A stretch of DNA of 64,000 bases, taken from assembly GCA_038044985.1 (NCBI GenBank), contig JBBSYY010000012.1:5973-69972 (forward strand), in the 5' to 3' direction. The notes beneath the pieces are model-generated. The model saw only the letters and a list, made by a program, of their open reading frames with translations, was not told where the DNA came from and ran no database searches. Below, piece after piece: positions 55,927 through 64,000 of this stretch. The stretch is from Nanobdellota archaeon. GTDB lineage: Archaea > Nanobdellota > Nanobdellia > Pacearchaeales > GW2011-AR1. Every line of letters begins with the position of its first letter. Within the stretch, counting starts at the first letter, position 1. The position numbers and the translations under genes were made by a program.

Positions 55927-56868
55927 GTGGAAAAAAAGAAAATTTTAGTTACTGGTGGTTTAGGACATATAGGATCAAAACTAGTAAGAGAATATTCCAA
56001 TAGAAAAGAAGTTGATTTAATTAGGATGTATGATAATTTACATACACAAAGATATTGTTCATTATTTAATCTTCCTTACTCAGTTAATTATGAGTTTATT
56101 GAAGGTGATATTAATGATAAAAATAAACTAGAAGAAATTGTAAAAGATATTGATGTTGTAATTCATCTTGCAGCAATTACAGATGCCCCATCAACGGTTA
56201 ATAATAAAGAAGAAACTTTCAGAGTAAATTTAGAAGGAACCATAAATATTTTAAATGCTTCAATAAATACTGATGTAAAAAGATTTCTATTTCCAAGCAC
56301 TACTAGTGTTTATGGAGGAGCTATAGGATTAGTTGATGAAAATTACAAGAATTATAAACCTGAAAGTCCTTACGCTGAATCAAAGTTAATAACTGAAAAA
56401 ATTGTTCAAGAAGCTTCTAATAAAAGCCTTAATACTACCATTTTAAGAATGGGAACTATTTTCGGAGCGAGCATTGGAATGAGATTTCATACTGCAGTAA
56501 ATAAGTTTTGTTATCTAGCTTCTATGAATAAGCCATTGACTATTTGGGATAGTGCCTTAAATAGTAAAAGACCTTATCTTGGACTAGCTGATTGTATAAA
56601 TGCTTTTGAATTTTTAGAAAAGAACGGAAAACCTGGAGAGATTTATAATGTTTTAACAGATAATTTTAGTATAAATAAGATAATAGACAGCATAAAAAAA
56701 TTTAGAGACGTCAAAATTGAAATAACCAAAAATCCTTTACTAAACCAAAGCCCTTATGAAGTTTCAAATGATAAAATAAAAAAATTAGGTTTTGAGTTCA
56801 AAGATAATTTAAAAGAAAGTATTGAAGAAACAATTAAACTTTTTGAAAGTATAAAAAATCCAGTTTAA
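55927..56868 (+). CDS. NAD-dependent sugar epimerase/dehydratase (extended SDR), GTG start
   Basis: TGGLGHIGSKL and YAESKLITE motifs; 3-nt gap after the upstream SDR gene. Confidence 0.75.
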   Translation: MEKKKILVTGGLGHIGSKLVREYSNRKEVDLIRMYDNLHTQRYCSLFNLPYSVNYEFIEGDINDKNKLEEIVKDIDVVIHLAAITDAPSTVNNKEETFRVNLEGTINILNASINTDVKRFLFPSTTSVYGGAIGLVDENYKNYKPESPYAESKLITEKIVQEASNKSLNTTILRMGTIFGASIGMRFHTAVNKFCYLASMNKPLTIWDSALNSKRPYLGLADCINAFEFLEKNGKPGEIYNVLTDNFSINKIIDSIKKFRDVKIEITKNPLLNQSPYEVSNDKIKKLGFEFKDNLKESIEETIKLFESIKNPV

Positions 56869-57299
56869 ATGAATAATAAAGTTGATGATAATTAATAATA
56901 AACAAAGAATTGAAGATTAATTGAAATGTGACTTCCTCCACGACCTAAAGATCGTGGCTTCCTGCGCGATGAACTGATCTTTAATTTCAGATAAATTTAT
57001 TAATAATAAATAAAAGAAATAATTAGCGAGAAAAAGTAAGAAGCAATTCATCCTCATATTAAAGTATGATGGATTTCTTGCTTAGAGGTTAACAAAATAA
57101 TTAGTTTATCTTCAGAAAATTATTTATTTGGCTGGCTTTATCAACTTCTTAAATTAACAGAATATTTTATCAACTACTTCTACTAAACCCTAATTTAAAC
57201 ACAAAACAAGGACTTTCCCCTTTCTTTTTTATAAAACCGTATTAAAATGCAAATAGTAAACAAACATAAAAAAATTTATCTATAAAATTTAATTAAAAT

Positions 57300-57524
57300 T
57301 TATTTCCTGCCTTTTTTCTCTGGCTCACAATGCAGACAAAATGGTTTTACCCATTTAAGCAGGCCTTTTAAAATCAGTAATGAGCCTATTACGTGCCAAA
57401 TATATTGTATCGAATAAATGGCGGTTACAAGCACAATAATACCTATAACAATATATTTTCCAGCAAAGCATTTTGAGCAAACACCATTATAACATGTTTG
57501 ATTCATTAGCACACCCCCTATCAA
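57300..57524 (-). CDS. Small Cys-rich membrane protein (hypothetical)
   Basis: ORF with two TM helices bracketed by C..C..C and CxxC motifs. Confidence 0.4.
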   Translation of the reverse strand: MIGGVLMNQTCYNGVCSKCFAGKYIVIGIIVLVTAIYSIQYIWHVIGSLLILKGLLKWVKPFCLHCEPEKKGRK

Positions 57525-57567
57525 TTTACTATTGCTCTTTAGTCTTTAAATATTTTGTGATTAAAAA

Positions 57568-57639
57568 TGAGCCTGCGAGGATTCGAACCTCGATCCTTCG
57601 GGCCGAAACCGAAGATTCTATCCATTGAACTACAGGCTC
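57568..57639 (-). tRNA. tRNA-Arg (anticodon UCG)
   Basis: Hand-folded cloverleaf: GAGCCTG-TA-GTTC-AATGGATA-GAAT-C-TTCGG-TTTCGGC-CCGAA-GGAT-CGAGG-TTCGAAT-CCTCG-CAGGCTC-A. It has a perfect 7-bp acceptor stem and 5-bp T stem, no encoded CCA, and a T-tract downstream. Confidence 0.85.
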
Positions 57640-58361
57640 TTTTTAGATTTAGTATTAATAAGAAAAACCTATTTAAAACTATTCGTATAAAGTTTTATTA
57701 AATCTATAAGTGATTAGAGGAGTAGAATAAATTAATAATAATTAATAACAAATAATGAAAACAGAATAAATAAAATAAAAAAATAGCTAGTGGGATTATG
57801 TCCCTCTTAAAAAAAATAAAATTAATATTTATAAAAACATAAAAATAATTTAAAATAAAATTTATCTTTTTTTCTTTTTTTTCTTTTTTTTCGCCATTAT
57901 ATAACCTCATGTTTGTAAATTAACTGATAATATAATGTATTAAGAGTTTAAGTATTTATATATTTTTGTTCTTATAAAATTTTTAAAGATTTTTGTTAAA
58001 AAAATTCGATCGATAAATTTTTCATATGAATCTCTTAAACTCAGAGAAACCTCCTTCTCCCAAAAACAATTTTTATTATATAAATTGTAAATTGCTTTTG
58101 CTCGGCACCACAAAACCAGCAAACAAAAAGCATTTTTTATCAAATATTAATTTTGTAAAATGCTTTTTGTTTGACAAACCCAAACTCAATAACTCACTCC
58201 CTATTTTATCATTTAGACGGTGAAGTGAGTTATTTCGCCTTTAGGTGTGGGTTAAAAACCGAAGGTTTTGTGATATATAAAAAACTATTCCAAGTTTATT
58301 AAAAATAATTCTGAAAAATTGTGTTTTTGGGTTTTGTATTGAAATACAAGAAATAATAAAA

Positions 58362-59084
58362 TTATGAAGTTTTATTCTCTATATTTTTAGTTGCTTTTAT
58401 ATCAATAAATCCTAGGTTAGACTTTTTAATAATTCCGTTAAGTTTAAATCTGTCTCTTACTAGCTCTAAATCTCCTTGAAATTCTTCTATTTTAAAATCC
58501 TCATCATTTAAATTAACCAAAACTTTTCCATTGTTTAGCTTAACTATACCAGACGTCCTATAATTTAAATCATCTAAATGAAAATTATGTATTTTCAAAA
58601 AACTAAAATCAGATTTTTCAAGTAAGATTTTCATATTAGAACTGCTAGTTATAGATATGCCATCAACAAAAATATTTTCTGTCTTTCCATCTAACTTTTC
58701 GATATTGTTTTTATTAAAAATTAATTTCCCATTAAAACCATCAATAACTATGCTTGCTTTATTTAATTTTAATTCTTCTTTCCCAACAAAAAAGTTACCA
58801 GAAGAAATTTTTAGTTCTATCTTATCCATTTTACTGTTTATTTCTAATTTCTCAGATGGTGTTAACACTGCATCTATATCAATAGTGCCTCCCCTATCTT
58901 TTATAATATTCCCTGTAATCGATTTGGCAAAACTCGGATTATAAAATGAAGTATAGATTAAAAAACCCAATACTCCAAAAAAAACTAAAAAAACAAATGC
59001 CCAAATACGGCTTTTTTTATGAGCTCTTTTTTGATCTATTATTTGTATTTGCGCATCCATTTTTATCTTGTTCTTGTTTTCCAA
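58362..59084 (-). CDS. Membrane-anchored beta-rich hypothetical protein
   Basis: Single N-terminal TM segment; overlaps the upstream gene by 22 nt (operon). Confidence 0.5.
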   Translation of the reverse strand: MENKNKIKMDAQIQIIDQKRAHKKSRIWAFVFLVFFGVLGFLIYTSFYNPSFAKSITGNIIKDRGGTIDIDAVLTPSEKLEINSKMDKIELKISSGNFFVGKEELKLNKASIVIDGFNGKLIFNKNNIEKLDGKTENIFVDGISITSSSNMKILLEKSDFSFLKIHNFHLDDLNYRTSGIVKLNNGKVLVNLNDEDFKIEEFQGDLELVRDRFKLNGIIKKSNLGFIDIKATKNIENKTS

Positions 59085-59560
59085 TGACCCATTTTACTAC
59101 CTAAAAATTCTACGAATTTAAAAGGATTATTTATATTTTTTATAATAAGATTATTTTCTCTGGAAAACATATGAATTTCTACATCTCCATAAGATAAAAA
59201 TCTTTCTAATAAAGTTTGGTTTATATGGGAATCACTTATTGCATTAAACTCTAATCTTTTTAAGACTATTGAAAAATACCCGTTTTTATGAATAACGGAA
59301 TCATCATTAATCTGATAATAATTTCCAAGTCTATGGATTTCAGTTGCAATTAACACAGCTATTATAAAAGCTAATGATAGTTTAAATGCAGCATCATCTA
59401 AGGGCCTTCCAGAAAGTTTTGTGTAAATAACTACCCCTACTAAAATAATTATCATTAAATAAAAGTGGATATAAATTTTTCTTGAATTTCTAACTCTTAA
59501 TATATCTCTAATTAGGATATTTTTATCGGTTTTATCCAATCCTTTTTTCCTCTTTTTCAT
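59063..59560 (-). CDS. Bacterial-PH-domain (bPH_2/YdbT-like) membrane protein
   Basis: Two TM helices followed by a bPH_2-like pattern (VIHKNGYFSIVLKRLEFNAISDSHINQTLLERFLSYGDVEIH). Confidence 0.55.
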   Translation of the reverse strand: MKKRKKGLDKTDKNILIRDILRVRNSRKIYIHFYLMIIILVGVVIYTKLSGRPLDDAAFKLSLAFIIAVLIATEIHRLGNYYQINDDSVIHKNGYFSIVLKRLEFNAISDSHINQTLLERFLSYGDVEIHMFSRENNLIIKNINNPFKFVEFLGSKMGHWKTRTR

Positions 59561-59568
59561 CTTATTGC

Positions 59569-59630
59569 ATCAAAAATTTCTTGTTGAAATTTTTGGGACA
59601 GAAAAAAGTTTACTTTTTTCTGTATTAATT
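59569..59630. repeat. Double-hairpin intergenic repeat, copy B
   Basis: Sequence atcaaaaatttcttgttgaaatttttgggacagaaaaaagtttacttttttctgtattaatt. Stems are 59571-80/59586-95 and 59598-609/59612-23. It is near-identical in its arms to copy A. Confidence 0.75.
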
Positions 59631-59874
59631 TTTAGTTGGTTTAAACTTAAATCCTTATATTAATTAAAAGAGCAGGCTTTTTATAAAGATTTGGTGTCAG
59701 TTAATTAAAACTAATATATCTCTAGTTATGGTGCTATTAAATCCGCTGGCGATGAAACCCTGGTCTGCTATTAATTTTCCCTCAATAAGCTCCAGATTAT
59801 AATAATCTCATTAACTAATAACTAACCAATCTCGTCTATGAAATAACATTTTAATCTGTTGCCTCAATAACTAG

Positions 59875-60744
59875 TTATCTAGCTCCAACAACAATAGCTG
59901 CAATAACACATATTAAAATAATTACTGAACTTATTATCTGCCTTAAGGTAATTTTTTCTTTTAAATATATCCATGCAAAAATATAAATAAAAACTGTAGA
60001 TGAAATAAAAATAGTTGTTGTAAATACAATTCCTAAAGTTTGATATCCATAATATAAAATAACCCTCATAAAAACAGCCATTATTCCAAGTAACAAAATC
60101 AAAAACCTAGTTTTTTCTTTCACACTAGTTAATTTTCTTTGAAAAACCGCCCAGGTTATTATAAGAATACATAAAGACCTTAAGAAATAAAATGTAATCG
60201 GATTATAATAATCAAGCAGGGGCTTTGAAAGAACAAGCTCGAAAGCAACTAAAAAACTTCCTATTACAGCTGAAAGAGCATATTTATTAAAATATAAATG
60301 ATGTCTCTTAGTATGGGCGACAACTAAGGTTATACTTGCGATTAACGACAGAATAATAACAGAATAATTTCTTTCATTTTCATATGAATTAAAGAAAAAA
60401 CTAAAAATAAAGGCTAACAAGATAATAAGTAGGGGGGTTGTTAATCTTATTGGCTCTATTTCAGATAAATCTTCTCTTGTCAGAGAATAAAAAACAAAAA
60501 AATTAGCAAAAATAGAAATGACGACTATTGCCATAAAAATAACTAAATTTTTTAGCTCTATGGCTTCTGGCTCTACATTCCAAAAAAAGAAAACAAGAGG
60601 CAATGCGAAAACAACTATGCTTAAAAAAATATAAACAACATAATTCCTAAAAGTTATTTTTGACTTTATTATTTTTTTGTCTATAATGGACAATATTGAA
60701 TCGAGAAGTGCTCCTAGAAAAGCTATTGGCATTACTAATGGCAT
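59875..60744 (-). CDS. EamA/DMT-superfamily transporter
   Basis: About 10 TM helices arranged as two 5-TM halves. Confidence 0.6.
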   Translation of the reverse strand: MPLVMPIAFLGALLDSILSIIDKKIIKSKITFRNYVVYIFLSIVVFALPLVFFFWNVEPEAIELKNLVIFMAIVVISIFANFFVFYSLTREDLSEIEPIRLTTPLLIILLAFIFSFFFNSYENERNYSVIILSLIASITLVVAHTKRHHLYFNKYALSAVIGSFLVAFELVLSKPLLDYYNPITFYFLRSLCILIITWAVFQRKLTSVKEKTRFLILLLGIMAVFMRVILYYGYQTLGIVFTTTIFISSTVFIYIFAWIYLKEKITLRQIISSVIILICVIAAIVVGAR

Positions 60745-60931
60745 TTTACTTTAACCTCTTTTATAACTTTAATAATTAACAGAAAGGTTTTTATAAAGAT
60801 TTGGTAATTGCCTTGCTAAAATTATCTGAAGGTCCTTGTTTAATTAATTTTAGTAATAACAAGAAAAAAACAAATATATGGAAAGACTTTTATATCCTAA
60901 TTCTTATTATTAGTATTAAGAGCGTATAAAA

Positions 60932-62299
60932 ATGTTCATATCAAAATCAAAAAAGATTAATCGGTTACCAAAATTTTTTATTGTCTTTATAATAGTAATG
61001 CTGTTTACAAGTATTTTTTCTATTAATGTTATTGCTAAAGACTATTCTGACAACGGAAAAAAAGACTCTAAATCCAATTCTGATTCTAAATCTGATTCAT
61101 CTAGTTCAGACAAAGGCTCCTTGAGATCTAACTCAGCCTTAAGTAAAAGTTCAAATGATATGAAGTCAGAAAATTCAGATTCTGACTCAGATAAAGATTC
61201 TGATGAAAATGATGAGGATTCTGAAGATAAATCTACTCAAAAAACAGAAACAAAAATAATAACAGATGAGCAAGGAAGAAAAGTTACTGTAGAAACAAAA
61301 ACAGAAACTAATGGAAAGGGGGGGACAGAGACTGAAGAAAAAAGAACTTTTATTGATGAATTTGGTAATAAAGTAACTATTGAAACAGAAACCAAAATTG
61401 AAAATGGAAAAAATGAAATAGAAGTTAAAAGAAAAATTATAACTCCAGATGGAACTGAAATTATTTTTAAAACAGAGACTAAAATTAAAGACGGCAGGAC
61501 TGAAACAAAAATTTCTGTTGAAGTAGAGGGGGTTGGATTTGAAACTAAACTAACAATTAAAGAAGAGTTTGAAGAAGGAAAGGCGATACTTAAAGCTAAA
61601 CTTTCCACTGGAGCTGAACAAGATATTATTACAACTCCAGATGAAGTATTAAAAACAGCTCTTGCAGAAATTGGAGGAAAAAACATAAATATTGAATTAA
61701 AAGAAGTTCTTGAAAAAGGTCAGAAAGAAGCTGTTTTTTCGGCTAAAACGACAAATCTAGGGAGATTTTTAGGAATTTTTGATACTAGCGTTAATTTAGA
61801 AACTTTAATTAATACACAAACAGGAGAAATTATAAAAACAAATAAACCATGGTGGGCATTTTTAGTTGTAGGATATAATAAAGCAACAATATGTCATGTT
61901 TCCGAAGAAAATAAAAATAAAAAAGTTACTCTTGAAATTGCAATACCTGCTGTTAAATCTCATCTAGCTCATGGTGATAGTGTTGGAAAATGCGCACCTA
62001 TTTGTAGAGATGGAATTCTAGAAAAAGGAGAAATATGTGAAACTGGAATAAATGAAACTCAAGTATGCACAACAACAGAAGGATATGCAGGAACAGAAGC
62101 ATGTAACTCCTTATGTAATGGGTATGACGTTTGTATTACAACAGAATCCTGTGGAGATGGAATTGTAAATGGTTTAGAGGCTTGTGATGATGGGAATACA
62201 ATAAATGGCGATGGATGTAATAGTTTATGTCAAATAGAAATAATTACAAATGGGACAAATCAACCTCCTTCAAATCAAACCAATAATACAACAGTTTAA
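60932..62299 (+). CDS. Secreted/surface protein: Ser/Asp-rich linker, three TETK-type beta repeats and C-terminal Cys-rich repeats
   Basis: Signal/anchor sequence, SDS-rich tract, repeats IITDEQGRKVTVETKTE / FIDEFGNKVTIETETK / IITPDGTEIIFKTETK. The sequence CGDGIVNGLEACDDGNTINGDGCNSLC matches the Myxococcus-type cysteine-rich repeat pattern. Confidence 0.65.
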   Translation: MFISKSKKINRLPKFFIVFIIVMLFTSIFSINVIAKDYSDNGKKDSKSNSDSKSDSSSSDKGSLRSNSALSKSSNDMKSENSDSDSDKDSDENDEDSEDKSTQKTETKIITDEQGRKVTVETKTETNGKGGTETEEKRTFIDEFGNKVTIETETKIENGKNEIEVKRKIITPDGTEIIFKTETKIKDGRTETKISVEVEGVGFETKLTIKEEFEEGKAILKAKLSTGAEQDIITTPDEVLKTALAEIGGKNINIELKEVLEKGQKEAVFSAKTTNLGRFLGIFDTSVNLETLINTQTGEIIKTNKPWWAFLVVGYNKATICHVSEENKNKKVTLEIAIPAVKSHLAHGDSVGKCAPICRDGILEKGEICETGINETQVCTTTEGYAGTEACNSLCNGYDVCITTESCGDGIVNGLEACDDGNTINGDGCNSLCQIEIITNGTNQPPSNQTNNTTV

Positions 62300-62551
62300 T
62301 CCTAATTGAATAATTAATGGTCTTCGATTAACTTCGCTTAAACATTGACCAAAAACCTCTTTTTTTCGTTTCTGATTTCTTTTGTAATTGGTCTGAATAA
62401 GCTTTTTGAATTAATACAAAATTATCTTGAGCGTCTTTTATCAGAGAATTAACTTTATTTGTGCTTTCTACATACCCTCTACTTGTAAATTCTTGCTCTC
62501 CTAAATATTTATTTATATCACCTAATAAATTTTGAGGGGGACCCTCAAAAA

Positions 62552-62842
62552 ATGGAGAGGATATTTTGCAAGGCCATTATTTATTTAAATATCACAAATA
62601 AAAATAGAATTGAAGAATTTATAAAATATTCTTCTTTTTTACCAGGAGTAGTATGGCCACAGAAAGTTTTAGGTAGTTGGGATTTTGAAATAGATTTCGA
62701 ATTAGAAGATTATGATACCTTTCAAAATATAATACTTCAGTTAAAAGAAAATTTCTCAGATATAATAAAAGATTACGAATTTTGCATCGTTTCTAGGGAA
62801 TTTAAATTAGATTTATTTCCAGACGCGCGTCCAATCATTTAA
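62552..62842 (+). CDS. Lrp/AsnC ligand-binding (RAM) domain-like fragment lacking an HTH domain
   Basis: The pattern ...LPGVVWPQKVLGSWDFEIDFELEDYDTFQNII... resembles the C-terminal domain of Lrp/AsnC regulators. I found no N-terminal HTH upstream. Confidence 0.3.
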   Translation: MERIFCKAIIYLNITNKNRIEEFIKYSSFLPGVVWPQKVLGSWDFEIDFELEDYDTFQNIILQLKENFSDIIKDYEFCIVSREFKLDLFPDARPII

Positions 62843-62935
62843 TTGAAAAAATGTTAGATTTCTGCAAAAAAAATTAATAATTAACTCTAAATCTAAAATT
62901 TAATCTAGACTACTAAAGACTTGTCTATCAATAAA

Positions 62936-64000
62936 TTAATTATATTTCCTCAACTCCTCATCTAAAATTTTTTTGACGATTTGATAATCCGCCCTTTTAT
63001 TAGTTACATTCATAACCTTTCCTATTAAAAAATTAGATGCTTTTTTTTCTCCTTTTTTATAATCAATTACAGTTTTTTCATTCTCGATCAAAACTTCTTG
63101 AATTATTTCTCTTAATTCTTGTTCATTGTCAATCTTTACAAATTCTTCAATAATTTTTTTTGGAGAAAAACTTTTTGGTATAAACTTTCTCATTATGTCT
63201 TTTGCTTTTAATGGAGTTATTTTATTTTTTTCCAACAACTCTAAAAGCTCTATAAAATGATCTGCATTTATCTCTAATTCTTGCATTGTTTTCTTATTAT
63301 AATTTAAAACAGAAAACCATTCAACAGTAATCCATGACAAAGCAAATCTAGCGTCAATTTTTTCAATAATTTTTTCATATAATTCTGCAATTTCTAAGTT
63401 TTTAATAAGAATTCTTGCATTTTCTTTATCAATTTTATACTTTTTAATAATCTTTTCAAGTTTTTCCATTGGAGTTTCTGGAAGGGCTTCTCTAATATTT
63501 TCAATTCTATCTTTTGTTATTTTTATTACAGGTAAATCTGGATCAGGAATAAACCTATAATCAGCTTGTTCTTCTTTTTCTCTCATTAATTCTGTAATCT
63601 CCAATTCAGAATTCCATCTTCTTGTTTCTTTTTTTATTGGTTTTTCTTTCTCATGTCTTTTAACTTCATAATTAATAGCTTTAACTATTTCCCTAACAGA
63701 ATTAACATTTTTAATCTCGGTTCTTTCTGTCCCTTTTATATTAACATTAACATCTGCCTTAATTCCAGCATCTTTATTTAAAGCTTTTATATAAGATAAC
63801 GATAAAATTAACTGCCTTAACCAAATTTCAACATGCTCTGAACTTTTAAAATCAGGTTCTGTAACAATTTCAACTAAAGGAGCTCCTGCTCTATTATAAT
63901 CTATTTTTCCTGTTTCAGGATTCCAAGCCGCTGGGTCTTCTTCTAAATGCACTTCCCTTATTTTTATTCCTAAAAAATTTCCTTTTTCAGCAACAGGAAC
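62936..64000 (-). CDS. gatB: Asp/Glu-tRNA amidotransferase subunit B (GatB), 5' end outside the window
   Basis: HLEEDPA (HLEEDAGK-like) motif, NRAGAPLVEIVTEPD and a C-terminal YqeY-like domain. The frame stays open to position 64000. Confidence 0.85.
   Translation of the reverse strand, partial: VPVAEKGNFLGIKIREVHLEEDPAAWNPETGKIDYNRAGAPLVEIVTEPDFKSSEHVEIWLRQLILSLSYIKALNKDAGIKADVNVNIKGTERTEIKNVNSVREIVKAINYEVKRHEKEKPIKKETRRWNSELEITELMREKEEQADYRFIPDPDLPVIKITKDRIENIREALPETPMEKLEKIIKKYKIDKENARILIKNLEIAELYEKIIEKIDARFALSWITVEWFSVLNYNKKTMQELEINADHFIELLELLEKNKITPLKAKDIMRKFIPKSFSPKKIIEEFVKIDNEQELREIIQEVLIENEKTVIDYKKGEKKASNFLIGKVMNVTNKRADYQIVKKILDEELRKYN

Noticed and set aside
57704-58223. ORF-track entries 57704-57910, 57940-58143 and 58026-58223 as genes
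   Set aside because: Their translations are extremely low-complexity (runs of I/F/L/K/N), the ORFs overlap one another on both strands, and they lie in a homopolymer-rich region. They are most likely non-coding.
57640-58361. Replication origin (oriC)
   Set aside because: I could not recognise any Orc1/Cdc6 gene nearby or any ORB-like repeated boxes. AT-richness and one inverted repeat are insufficient, so it is kept only as a low-interest observation.
61237-61686. 149-aa antisense ORF inside the secreted repeat protein gene
   Set aside because: It is an artefact of the repetitive GAA/ACA-rich coding repeats. The translation is low-complexity (S/V/P/F) and lies fully inside a better-supported plus-strand gene.
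62328-62575. Minus-strand open frame (…GLAKYPLHFFEGPPQNLLGDINKYLGEQEFTSRGYVESTNKV…FKRS)
   Set aside because: There is no ATG, GTG or TTG start within the open frame and no family recognised. It is possibly a gene remnant and is not reported as a feature.

Overview
AT-rich archaeal chromosome segment. The archaeal call rests on AglB/STT3 with a WWDYGYW motif, the archaea/eukaryote-only ribosomal proteins eS4, eL19 and eL32, aSUI1, prefoldin and SecY. A small-genome DPANN-like lineage is only an inference from composition and gene content. There are three blocks. (1) 1-9 kb holds an N-glycosylation core: a B12-radical SAM enzyme, two GT2s, a flippase-like protein, an AglH-like GlcNAc-1-P transferase and AglB. 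(2) 12-32 kb, all on the minus strand, holds the ribosomal protein supercluster rpl3 to rpl15-secY, followed by a DUF106/YidC-like gene, VanZ and prefoldin alpha. (3) 32-57 kb is a large accessory glycan-modification island. It encodes two more B12-radical SAM enzymes, split ADP-heptose activation genes, a GT9-GT2 fusion, GT4, a GT39-like protein, a pyruvate-kinase-like/ATP-sulfurylase fusion, a sulfotransferase, a sugar C-methyltransferase, an epimerase cupin and two SDRs. Downstream are tRNA-Arg(UCG), membrane and surface proteins, and a partial gatB. The main oddity is that the normally invariant ribosomal cluster is interleaved with ten tightly coupled orphan ORFs (81-149 aa) that share weak recurrent C-terminal motifs. 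In addition, the S3-L29-SUI1 block is relocated, Rpp29 is absent, and rpl29 is flanked by hairpin-dense spacers and a 26-nt direct repeat. Other points are a RelE-like gene broken by an in-frame TGA, a frameshifted orphan ORF, dispersed double-hairpin repeats and long extensions on several r-proteins. No CRISPR array, rRNA or recognisable transposase was seen.
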